Shown here in pieces: positions 1-8,689 of a stretch of DNA of 64,000 bases; position 1 is the first letter of the stretch; each line of letters begins with the position of its first letter. The DNA is from Candidatus Pacearchaeota archaeon (GTDB lineage Archaea; Nanobdellota; Nanobdellia; Pacearchaeales; GW2011-AR1). The translations under genes were made by a program, and so were the position numbers. Under the pieces are notes generated by a model, which made no database searches, had not been told where the DNA came from, and was given only the letters and a program-made list of their open reading frames with translations. Where the stretch lies: positions 1,782 to 65,781 of the forward strand of contig NZCX01000030.1 in the NCBI GenBank assembly GCA_002688415.1, written 5' to 3'.

Positions 1-89
1 AATGTGTATAGCTCATGAAGGATATGCTGCTTTATAACCTTTTTCATATAGAGTAAACTTTAAAAGTCTTCAATATGTTGTTCATTTAC

Positions 90-160
90 GGCCCGGTAGG
101 CTAATGGTAGACCGCCTCGTTTACACCGAGATGGCGGAGGTTCGATTCCTCCTCGGGCCA
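90..160 (+). tRNA. tRNA-Val, anticodon TAC (UAC)
   Basis: Hand-folded cloverleaf: acceptor GGCCCGG/TCGGGCC (one G-U), T arm GGAGG-TTCGATT-CCTCC, anticodon loop TT-TAC-AC, discriminator A160, no encoded CCA. One mismatch in the D stem and one at the top of the anticodon stem. TATA-like CTTTAAAA at 58-65. Confidence 0.7.
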
Positions 161-218
161 TATTTTCTTATCACTTTAGAACAACAACCTTTATATACTA
201 AAAAGAATTTCACGAAAC

Positions 219-2069
219 ATGGGTATCGAGAAAGCTTCTGTGGAGCAGAATTTATCAAATGATTATATTCCAAAGGCAAAGATGCCAAATTTGCCAATCA
301 GTAATGAAATTGCCGAAACTCTAAAAAAGAAAGAAGCAGATAAGGCCAAGAAAGACATTGATGACTTTGCAAAAAAAGCAAGAGAAAAATTCAAGTTTAT
401 AGAAGCCATTGGTGTTACCCCAGCACAAGCAAATAAAATCATAGAGGAAGATTATGAGGTTCCAGAAGCAGATAGAAAAAGAGATCTAATACACGTTATT
501 ACGGTAATACCAGAAAAGCAATTTAAAAATATTGGAAAAATTCGGCTTGAAATGATTAAAATAGGGAAAGAAGTTAATAATAAGTTCTGGGTACATGTTT
601 TAACCCCAGTAGACATCTGGAATTTAGGATTAGATTCAAAGTTTGATACATTCGAAGCAGTTGCCATGAGCTTCCCTGTTTATGATAAAAATGGTTTTCT
701 TGCCGGGATAAGAGTCTCAAGTGTTCACAAATCTCTTGTATTGAGAAAATTTGAGAAATATGTAACCACATATGCAATGAATGGTAGTTTCGTTAGAGGA
801 GACACGAAGAAGACAAGCGACATAGACGTTTTCATAATTATCGATGATACAGATGTCAAGCGAATGGGAAGAATCGAACTTCTTGAAAAGCTAAGGGGAA
901 TAATTCACTCATTCAGTAGTGAAGCAATGGCAATTGCGGGAGTTAAGGTTGATTTCAACATGCAGGTTTGGCTTTTGACGGATTTCTGGGAGAGAGTAAA
1001 AGATACAGAGCCGGTGGCATTTACGGCAATTAGGGATGGAGTACCACTTTATGACAGAGGAGCATTTTTACCTTGGAAATCTCTTCTTAGAATGGGTAGA
1101 ATCAAGCCAAGCCCAGAAGCAATTGATATGTTTATGAGTGCTGGAGACAAGCTAAAGGAAAATGTGGACAGAAGAATATTCGACATAGTAATGCATGATT
1201 TATACTGGGGGACAATGAACCCATCACAGGGACTCTTAATGCTTTATGGGCTTGCGCCACAGAATGTTTACGATACCGTAAAAAGCGTTAAGGAGGTTTT
1301 TGTAGAGAAAGAGAAACTTCTAGAAAAGAAATATGCAGACATTTTCGAGAATATAGCCCTAAAGATGTATAAGAATTATGAACATGGAAAAGTTAAGCCA
1401 GGAGATGTTGACGGGAACCAACTTGCTTCAATGACAAAGGATGCCCTAGATTATGTGGGAAGGCTTAAGGAGCTTCGAGTGCAGATTGAGCAAAGAGTGC
1501 GAGAGAAGACAATCGACGATGTGTATAAAAGCTTATTTGAGATGTTGGAGACGCTATTAAACAAAAAAGAAGAAGCAGCAATCATCAAGGCTTTTGAAAA
1601 AGAATTTATCAAGACAGGGAAGTATCCAAAAAGACATCTTACAGATCTCAAGTTTATAGCAAAGGTGAAAAGGGAAGTAATGGGAAAGAAACAAACCAAG
1701 AAAGACAAAAAAGCACTAACCCCAGCAGAAGTATATAAGTTAAGATTGGATGTTGAAACAGCAAGAAGATTTGCCACAGAAATAACCAACCTCCTTGTTG
1801 AGCATAACCAGAGATGTGAGTTTCTCAGTATGGACCGTAAGAAATTTATGATAAAAGGAAAAGACCTAAGCGCAGAAGTATTTTTCTTAGAGAATACATA
1901 CATAATCCAAGGACAGAAAATACAGAGGCTAGAGGGGAACAAGCTTATAGATGCAACACCTGAAGAGGTTCAAAAGGAGATGGTCAAGAAGAGCAAAGAA
2001 ACCAAGATCAACTTCAAGGCCCTTGACACACTAAGAAAGATTTTTGGCGAGTTTGAGTTGATTTACTAA
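219..2069 (+). CDS. Nucleotidyltransferase-domain protein (Pol-beta/minimal NTase superfamily), long 616-aa form
   Basis: GSFVRGDTKKTSDIDVFIIIDD is the G-S...DxD NTase signature. The following region aligns by eye with the 309-aa ORF at 15571-16500 (IRDGVPLYDRGAFLPWKSLLRMGRIKPSPEAI vs IRFGDPLIDYGGFFTPLKVLLNQGKIKSTPEAV). TTTATATA at 190-197 starts 29 nt before the ATG. Confidence 0.8.
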   Translation: MGIEKASVEQNLSNDYIPKAKMPNLPISNEIAETLKKKEADKAKKDIDDFAKKAREKFKFIEAIGVTPAQANKIIEEDYEVPEADRKRDLIHVITVIPEKQFKNIGKIRLEMIKIGKEVNNKFWVHVLTPVDIWNLGLDSKFDTFEAVAMSFPVYDKNGFLAGIRVSSVHKSLVLRKFEKYVTTYAMNGSFVRGDTKKTSDIDVFIIIDDTDVKRMGRIELLEKLRGIIHSFSSEAMAIAGVKVDFNMQVWLLTDFWERVKDTEPVAFTAIRDGVPLYDRGAFLPWKSLLRMGRIKPSPEAIDMFMSAGDKLKENVDRRIFDIVMHDLYWGTMNPSQGLLMLYGLAPQNVYDTVKSVKEVFVEKEKLLEKKYADIFENIALKMYKNYEHGKVKPGDVDGNQLASMTKDALDYVGRLKELRVQIEQRVREKTIDDVYKSLFEMLETLLNKKEEAAIIKAFEKEFIKTGKYPKRHLTDLKFIAKVKREVMGKKQTKKDKKALTPAEVYKLRLDVETARRFATEITNLLVEHNQRCEFLSMDRKKFMIKGKDLSAEVFFLENTYIIQGQKIQRLEGNKLIDATPEEVQKEMVKKSKETKINFKALDTLRKIFGEFELIY

Positions 2070-2111
2070 AGATACCCTAACCTTTAAAAACCATATTTTG
2101 CATAATTTTTT

Positions 2112-2393
2112 ATGGCAGAAACTAAAGGAATCGTAGTACAATTTAGACGTGGAAGAAAGAACTATAAGCCTCGGCACTTTTTGATAGAAGTAGAGGGAAT
2201 TGATAGTAGAGATAAGGCAAAAGAACTAGTTGGAAAGAAGGTTATTTGGACTTCTGCAGGAAAAGAATCTAAGAAGATCAATGGAATAGTGTCAAGTGCA
2301 CATGGGAATAACGGAGTAATTAGAGCCATTTTTGAAAGAGGATTGCCAGGGCAAGCAATTGGAACTGAAGTTGAAATTGGAGGAAAGAAGTAA
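2112..2393 (+). CDS. rpl35ae: 50S ribosomal protein L35Ae (eL33)
   Basis: 93 aa; FRRGRKNYKPRHFLIEVEG...GKKVIWTSAGK...GVIRAIFERGLPGQAIG matches my recollection of L35Ae. TTTAAAAA at 2083-2090 starts 29 nt before the ATG. Confidence 0.85.
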   Translation: MAETKGIVVQFRRGRKNYKPRHFLIEVEGIDSRDKAKELVGKKVIWTSAGKESKKINGIVSSAHGNNGVIRAIFERGLPGQAIGTEVEIGGKK

Positions 2394-2923
2394 TGGCATT
2401 AAGAAAAGCTTCAGCTTACACAAAGAGATATGCAAGACCATTTACAAGAAATTCTAAGAAAAGAAAAAAATCTTACATAAAAACAATCCCAAACTCAAAA
2501 ATTGTTAAGTTCAAGATGGGAGATATAACTGGCTACGACAAAGGGGAATACGCAGTCAAGATCGGAGTAGTTTCTAAAGAGAATGTGCAAGTCAGAGACA
2601 ATTCAATTGAAGCAATTCGTCAGTATTTTAATAGATTCTTACAAGAAAGAGTTGGAAAAGAATTCTACTTAGAAATCAAAATTGTTCCACATCATATTTT
2701 AAGAGAAAATAAAATGCTTACTGGCGCGGGTGCCGATCGTATGCAGACTGGAATGAGTCGTGCATTTGGAAAGACAATGGGCAGAGCGGCATTTGTTAAG
2801 AAAGGGCAGATGATGTTTATTCTCGGGGTTAAGACAAAGAAGGGCGAAATCGAAGCTAGAAAGTTAATCAAATCAGCAAAGGCAAGATTGCCGTGTGCTG
2901 TTGGAACTGTTAACCTGGATTAG
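2393..2923 (+). CDS. rpl10e: 50S ribosomal protein L10e (uL16)
   Basis: 176 aa; N-terminus MALRKASAYTKRYARPFTRNSK and the LTGAGADRMQTGMSRAFGK block are typical of archaeal L10e. Start overlaps the rpl35ae stop. Confidence 0.9.
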   Translation: MALRKASAYTKRYARPFTRNSKKRKKSYIKTIPNSKIVKFKMGDITGYDKGEYAVKIGVVSKENVQVRDNSIEAIRQYFNRFLQERVGKEFYLEIKIVPHHILRENKMLTGAGADRMQTGMSRAFGKTMGRAAFVKKGQMMFILGVKTKKGEIEARKLIKSAKARLPCAVGTVNLD

Positions 2924-2945
2924 GTAGATTTTTATATATAGATTA

Positions 2946-4031
2946 ATGCAGTTTTTTATGAAACAAATATTTATCCTAGGAAGGAACCCAGAATTATCCA
3001 AAGCAGAGATCTTGGCTTATGCTGACACAAGAAATCTTGAACCAAAAGAAATTCTATTTGAGGAAAACTATTTGGTTCTTGAGTTAAATACACAAATAGA
3101 CATCCAGGATCTTGGAGGAACAATAAAGTCCGGAGAGGTTCTAAGCGAAGGAAGTGAAGAGGAAGTTGCAGATTACATAAACAAAGAGGACTTATTTGAT
3201 TCTGACAAATTTACATACGGGGTCTTTGGGAACGTTGACGAAGAAATTCTAAAAGAAAAATTCAAAAGCGAAAAAAGAAAAGCAGTTTTAAAGCACGGAA
3301 GACAAAGAATGAAGTCACAAGGAGGAGAAAAGTTCGAAATTCCAAAATCAGATGTTTGCTTTTTCCTATCAGCACTAGATGATAAATTCTACTTCGGAAC
3401 GCTAAGTCAAGAATATGATTATGAGGGTGTAAAGTCTAGAGACATGGAAAAGCCAGTAAGAAGAGAAGAGCTTGCTATCTCGCCGAGATTATCAAAAATA
3501 CTAATCAACTTAGCAGGAGCGAAAGAAGACGACCTTGTCCTGGATCCTTTCTGTGGAATAGGTGGGATCTTAATCGAAGCCCTGGTTAGGGGAATGAAGG
3601 TTTATGGAGTAGATCGAGATGCAAACGCAATTAAGGGAGCCCTAAGTAACATGTCATGGCTCAAGAAGAACTTCAAAATAATGAAACCTTACATCATAGA
3701 AAGGAGAGACGCGAGAAAAGTTCCAGACAAGCAATTTGATGCCATAGCAACAGAAACTCCTCTTGGCAAAATAGTTAGACACAGGCCAAACAGACAAGAA
3801 GCCAGGGAAACCATTGAAAATTTTGAAAGGTTTATTATGCCCCTATTAAAATATTTCAAGAGCATCAAGAAAGAAAGCGCAAGGATCGCAATTACATTTC
3901 CAAAAATTAGGGAAGCTGGAGTGGATTGTTCATTAGTGGAGGAGGAAACTGGATTGAAGGTTGTAACGGGCCCAATCTTTGAGGGAAGGCCGGGGCAATT
4001 CATCGGACGCGACATCGTGGTCTTTGAATAA
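2946..4031 (+). CDS. SAM-dependent RNA (tRNA guanine-N2, Trm11/Trm-G10-like) methyltransferase, divergent motif IV
   Basis: Motif I VLDPFCGIGGILIEA. The N-terminal domain is of the size seen in Trm11-type enzymes. The motif IV position reads ATETPLG instead of (D/N)PP(Y/F). An alternative ATG lies at 2958. Confidence 0.6.
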   Translation: MQFFMKQIFILGRNPELSKAEILAYADTRNLEPKEILFEENYLVLELNTQIDIQDLGGTIKSGEVLSEGSEEEVADYINKEDLFDSDKFTYGVFGNVDEEILKEKFKSEKRKAVLKHGRQRMKSQGGEKFEIPKSDVCFFLSALDDKFYFGTLSQEYDYEGVKSRDMEKPVRREELAISPRLSKILINLAGAKEDDLVLDPFCGIGGILIEALVRGMKVYGVDRDANAIKGALSNMSWLKKNFKIMKPYIIERRDARKVPDKQFDAIATETPLGKIVRHRPNRQEARETIENFERFIMPLLKYFKSIKKESARIAITFPKIREAGVDCSLVEEETGLKVVTGPIFEGRPGQFIGRDIVVFE

Positions 4032-4212
4032 TAGAAAGATTTAAAAAATCACCATACATAGTTTTTTTATGGATAAGTTAACAGAAATAGAGAGAGAATT
4101 GTGCGCCTCTAGACTTGTCTCTGTTTTTAATTTTTTTACCCAAGCTTGACTTCCTGCTGCTGCAGGGGACATCTATGCAAGATTATAAATTAATTCGCAA
4201 CATAATTCTAAC

Positions 4213-5133
4213 ATGGCATTACCACCAGATATACAAAAACGTAAAATACGAGAAAGATTGATCGGCCTAACTGGAAGAACGAGAATAAAAGAAATTAAAA
4301 AAATTCTAGAAGGACTACCGGATTACCACAACGGACCATACGGAGAGATTAGAAAGAATTTGACTAAAGAAATAGGCAAAGCAAAAACACGCTCAAAAAT
4401 AAAGCACCAGGATTGGTTAGGGGTTCCAAGGCAAGGAGACAAACAATTTGTCTTAGTCGGAAGACCAAGTGTTGGGAAGAGTTCGTTGTTATCAAAATTA
4501 TCAGGGATGGACATAAAGGTTGCAAGTTATGATTTTACCACTCTAAAGCCAATCCCAGCAATAATAAAATTAAATGGAGCACAAATCCAAATTGTTGATC
4601 TTCCAGGACTAATAGAAGGAGCAACCGAGGATGCGGGAGGAGGGAAGCGGCTAATCGGGATTGTAAAGAATACAGATGGAATAATTTTCATGATCGATTT
4701 AACGAAACCACTCACCAAATCAGAAGCAATCTTTAATGAGCTAAAAAAGGCCAATATAGAAAAGCCAATGATTATAGTTGGGAACAAAGTCGATTCACAA
4801 GATTCAAAGAAGAATATTAACAGGATAAAGATGAAATTTAAGGAGAACCTAGTCCTGACTTCTACATCTACAGGGATAGGTTTAGAGAAGCTTAAAGATA
4901 AAATATGGGAAGAAAGCAGGCTTATCAGAGTTTATACAAAAGACAAGAAAGAGCCGATAATTCTTCAAAAGGGATCCACAGTAAAAGAAGCGATTGAGGG
5001 AATTCATAAGAAAATATTGGAGGAATTTAAGGAAGCGGTTATTAGCGGGACTAGTGCAAAGTTTCCTAATCAAAAAGTCGGCCTAGACCATAGACTAGAA
5101 GACGAAGATAGCCTGAAGATCATTACAGGGTAG
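4213..5133 (+). CDS. DRG/Rbg-type Obg-family GTPase with C-terminal TGS-like domain
   Basis: G1 GRPSVGKSS, G3 DLPGLIEGA, G4 NKVD; C-terminal RVYTKDKKEPIILQKGSTVKEAIEGIH resembles a TGS domain. Confidence 0.8.
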   Translation: MALPPDIQKRKIRERLIGLTGRTRIKEIKKILEGLPDYHNGPYGEIRKNLTKEIGKAKTRSKIKHQDWLGVPRQGDKQFVLVGRPSVGKSSLLSKLSGMDIKVASYDFTTLKPIPAIIKLNGAQIQIVDLPGLIEGATEDAGGGKRLIGIVKNTDGIIFMIDLTKPLTKSEAIFNELKKANIEKPMIIVGNKVDSQDSKKNINRIKMKFKENLVLTSTSTGIGLEKLKDKIWEESRLIRVYTKDKKEPIILQKGSTVKEAIEGIHKKILEEFKEAVISGTSAKFPNQKVGLDHRLEDEDSLKIITG

Positions 5134-5332
5134 GGTTTTCAGAAAGAATTAAAAACTCTAGTTTGCAAGAATTATAAAAGGGTTATTCTTGAGGATCCTC
5201 TGACTCTTCAAGATCAAGACATCTATGGAAAAAAATGTCCGATGAACTGGCTTCAGGAGATCTTCGCGAAAGGCTATCTTCCATGGACTAACAAAGCAAA
5301 CAAACTATAAAAAACTATAGGATAACAATAAA

Positions 5333-7126
5333 ATGACAGAACAAGACAGATACAACAGAAAGGTAAATTACAGATACGTTCTTAGTGAATACTGGAAATT
5401 TGCTAGAAAGCACAAGTTCAAACTCTTCTTAGCACTCTTCTTGGTTGTGGTTTTCCAAGGCTTGGCCCTTGTTGACAAATTCATTTTTAAGGTTATCATA
5501 GATAGGGGAACAGAATATAGCTCTGGGATAATAGCTCTAGATATCTTCTTAGAAACCCTCCTAGTTCTATTCGTCATATATGTATCCTTGGAGTTGTTGA
5601 GAATAGTTACTGATGTGGTGCGTATTCATTTCCAAGGAAAAATGGTAGCTAGGATTGTCGAAGATATAAAAAATACATATTTCAACCATATCCTTGATTT
5701 AGATCATGAGTTTCACACGACACACAAAACAGGAAGTCTAATCTCAAGAATAAATCGTTGTTCTAATGCTGTTGATAATTTTAGCGGGAGCCTTACGCAC
5801 GAGGTTGCGCCATTCATTGTTCAGATACTTATCTTATCTGGAGTATTTGCGTATTTTAGCTGGGTTCAGTCTTTAGTCTTATTCGGATTTTCCATTATTT
5901 ACCTTATTAATACTATAATTGTGACAAAAAGATATCAGAAATACAGGATCTCATTTAACAGGGCACAAGATAGCGAAAAAGCTAATTTAGCAGATATATT
6001 TACAAACATAGACTCTGTGAGATACTTTGGAAAGAACAAAAATGTAAAAGAGATATTCAGAGGATTTGTTGACAAGACATTTAAGGAAGATCTTAGGGGA
6101 TGGTATTATTGGAAATGGGCAGACATATCAGGAAAGGCACTTGTAGCCATTGGGTTCTTGGCTCTTCTCGTCTTACCAATTAAAGAATTTATTGCAGGGA
6201 ATATAACATTGGGAACAGTAACATTTGTTTATACAGCTTATCTTGGTTATTTGGGAGCGATCAGAAACTTTTCCCACTCAATGAGAAACATCTCCAGATC
6301 CTTAACGGACATGGAGGACCTATTCGAATATGGAAAGACAAAAAACAACATCAAAGATAAGACAGGGGCAAAAAATCTAGAAATAGAGAAGGGAAGAATA
6401 GAGTTCAATAAGGTAGATTTTGGCTACACAAAAGATAGAAAGATTTTCGAGAAATTCGATCTAAAGATCCCTGCCAACAAGACAGTTGCCTTCGTCGGGC
6501 ATTCGGGATGTGGGAAGACCTCCTTGGTGAAACTTCTTTACAGGTTGTATGATATAGAGAATGGAGAGATCATAATAGACGGGCAAAACATAAAAGATGT
6601 AAAGCAAGAATCTCTTCGTGGTGAGATGTCTATCGTGCCGCAAGAATGTATTTTATTTGACGACACAGTGTATAACAATATTAAGTTTGCGAACCCAAAA
6701 GCCAAAAGAAAGGACGTAATGGAAGCAATCAAATTTGCACAACTAGACAGGATAATCTCAACGTTTCCAGAAAAGGAGAATACAATTGTCGGAGAGAGGG
6801 GAGTAAAGCTTTCAGGTGGAGAAAAACAGAGAGTTAGTATAGCTAGGGCCATATTGGCCAATAAAAAAATACTAGTCCTAGACGAAGCAACTTCAGCTTT
6901 GGATTCAGAAACGGAATGGCAAATTCAACAAGATCTTGAAAAGCTAATGGAAGGCCGAACAAGCATTATTATCGCCCACAGGCTGTCAACCATCATGAAA
7001 GCAGACATGATTGTTGTAATGAAAGATGGAAAAATCGAGCAGAAAGGAACACACAGAGAACTAATTACAGAAGGCGGAGAGTATGCAAAGCTTTGGGAAT
7101 TCCAGAAGGGCGGTTACGTTGAGTAA
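5333..7126 (+). CDS. ABC exporter, fused permease-ATPase (MsbA/type I exporter-like)
   Basis: N-terminal half with about 6 hydrophobic segments. Walker A GHSGCGKTS, signature LSGGEKQR, Walker B ILVLDEATSALD, H-loop IIIAHRL. Confidence 0.9.
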   Translation: MTEQDRYNRKVNYRYVLSEYWKFARKHKFKLFLALFLVVVFQGLALVDKFIFKVIIDRGTEYSSGIIALDIFLETLLVLFVIYVSLELLRIVTDVVRIHFQGKMVARIVEDIKNTYFNHILDLDHEFHTTHKTGSLISRINRCSNAVDNFSGSLTHEVAPFIVQILILSGVFAYFSWVQSLVLFGFSIIYLINTIIVTKRYQKYRISFNRAQDSEKANLADIFTNIDSVRYFGKNKNVKEIFRGFVDKTFKEDLRGWYYWKWADISGKALVAIGFLALLVLPIKEFIAGNITLGTVTFVYTAYLGYLGAIRNFSHSMRNISRSLTDMEDLFEYGKTKNNIKDKTGAKNLEIEKGRIEFNKVDFGYTKDRKIFEKFDLKIPANKTVAFVGHSGCGKTSLVKLLYRLYDIENGEIIIDGQNIKDVKQESLRGEMSIVPQECILFDDTVYNNIKFANPKAKRKDVMEAIKFAQLDRIISTFPEKENTIVGERGVKLSGGEKQRVSIARAILANKKILVLDEATSALDSETEWQIQQDLEKLMEGRTSIIIAHRLSTIMKADMIVVMKDGKIEQKGTHRELITEGGEYAKLWEFQKGGYVE

Positions 7127-7228
7127 GGCATTTTAGATGTTATTTGAGCGTTAACATTTGTATCTGTTGTATCTATAGAATAGTTACAATACCGAAAGCT
7201 TTATAAACAAGTTGCAACAAAATAACAT

Positions 7229-7807
7229 ATGCCAAGAAGAATACCCAAAACAGACGATTCAGTGGAAGATAGAATTAATGATGGATATATAGATCTGACC
7301 TGGTATATGCCAGAAGCACATCCAAATCATGATACATACTCAACTTTGTTTAAGGTTGGGAGAAGAAGAAGAGATCTTAAAGGGTTTAAGACAAGTAACC
7401 AGCTAGCAAGATACGAAAGTGACCCTGTTAGTAGGGTTGTTCTTTCTCCAAGGCCAAAACATGTTGTAGATGTAAAAATACCAGGATGGCAGTATAATGA
7501 AAGCTTAAAGCTATACACTCCAGAGCAGTTCGCAAGATCCATTACAAGAGTTTTCAGGGTCGAAGGGCAAAGAATGGATCTAGATCGTGACCAAACGTTC
7601 ATGTATCTTGGGGGAAACAGAATGGGCAAAACAAATGCTGAAAAAGTTCTCTCTTGCCTAGCAGATGAAACAGATTACGACAACGTAGAGAATCAAAGAA
7701 TTCTTCAGGAAATGTTCAAGAGAATCGATGCAGGCGAACCAATGATCCAAGGGCATGATTTCGTACCATACAAGGGTCCAAAAAGAGATCCAATAGTGGG
7801 AATCTAG
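7229..7807 (+). CDS. Hypothetical protein, first gene of the AAA+/VWA cluster
   Basis: 192-aa ORF with protein-like composition. TTTATAAA at 7200-7207 starts 29 nt before the ATG. 20 nt upstream of the AAA+ gene. No motif recognised. Confidence 0.6.
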   Translation: MPRRIPKTDDSVEDRINDGYIDLTWYMPEAHPNHDTYSTLFKVGRRRRDLKGFKTSNQLARYESDPVSRVVLSPRPKHVVDVKIPGWQYNESLKLYTPEQFARSITRVFRVEGQRMDLDRDQTFMYLGGNRMGKTNAEKVLSCLADETDYDNVENQRILQEMFKRIDAGEPMIQGHDFVPYKGPKRDPIVGI

Positions 7808-7827
7808 GACAACTCTTATTAATCAAA

Positions 7828-8688
7828 ATGAAAAACGGAAAAGAATACAGAATAGAAGAATACACGATAGACGAAGAGCCATTTTATTTAGAATCAGGAG
7901 AAGAAAAAAAGATTTTCAAGGCGGCCCATAAGCATAAAATTCCATTTGCAGCAATTGGCCCAACGGGCTGTGGGAAAACAAGATTTATAGAGCATATGTC
8001 ATATCTTTTAAACGAAGATGCAAAAGACAAAAAACCTCTTTTCTTTGTAACATGCCACGAAGATCTCACTTCAGACGATTTATTGGGGAGAGAAAGGATA
8101 AGCGGAGACTACCTGCCGGGAATTTTACAGAGATGGGCAAAAGAAGGTGGAATCTTGTACCTTGATGAGATTGTTGAAGCAAGACCCGATCTTGTGACCC
8201 TATTGCACCCAGTAATGGAACCAAAAAGAAGGGTATTTTACAATGAAAAAACAGGAAATGTCACAGAATTAAATCCAGAATGTATGTTATCTATGTCATG
8301 GAATCCGGGCTATCAAGATATTACAAGAAGGCTAAAGCCCAGTAGCAGACAAAGGCTTATAACACATAGGTTTAATTATCCAGAACCAGCTCAAGAGGCA
8401 AAGATCATAATGGAAGAATCAGGGGTTGACGCCAAGAATGCTAAAGCACTTGCAGATTTGGGAGTAAGAATCAGGGGGATGAAGGAAGGAGACTTTAGGA
8501 CGCTACAAGAGGGAGCAAGTACAAGGACTTTAATTGATGCAGGAATTCTAATTAAAGAAGGAATATCTCCAAGAGATGCTTGTCAGGACGCGGTTGTAAA
8601 CTGCTTAACAGAAGATACGGACGATGTCTACAAAGAGTTATCACAAGCCCTGGATGAGGTCGTAGAGAATTTCTTCCCGAGGGGATAG
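7828..8688 (+). CDS. AAA+ ATPase, MoxR class, CbbQ/NorQ/NirQ-like
   Basis: Single AAA+ module of 286 aa. Walker A GPTGCGKT, Walker B GILYLDEI. Followed after 1 nt by a NorD/CbbO-type VWA gene, the canonical partner arrangement. Confidence 0.85.
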   Translation: MKNGKEYRIEEYTIDEEPFYLESGEEKKIFKAAHKHKIPFAAIGPTGCGKTRFIEHMSYLLNEDAKDKKPLFFVTCHEDLTSDDLLGRERISGDYLPGILQRWAKEGGILYLDEIVEARPDLVTLLHPVMEPKRRVFYNEKTGNVTELNPECMLSMSWNPGYQDITRRLKPSSRQRLITHRFNYPEPAQEAKIIMEESGVDAKNAKALADLGVRIRGMKEGDFRTLQEGASTRTLIDAGILIKEGISPRDACQDAVVNCLTEDTDDVYKELSQALDEVVENFFPRG

Positions 8689-8689
8689 A

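Noticed and set aside
452-1942. Antisense ORFs inside the long NTase gene (452-667, 574-777, 1451-1942); similar antisense ORFs occur inside most large genes across the window
   Set aside because: Each is wholly nested antisense in a well-supported gene. Their products are S/L/F/I-rich, as is typical of reverse-strand reading of K/E-rich AT-rich coding DNA.
5199-5290. Box C/D sRNA candidate (CCGATGAA as C box, CTGA at 5201-5204)
   Set aside because: The C-box match is imperfect (CGAUGA rather than UGAUGA). The only CUGA lies upstream rather than downstream of it. There is no C' or D' pair.
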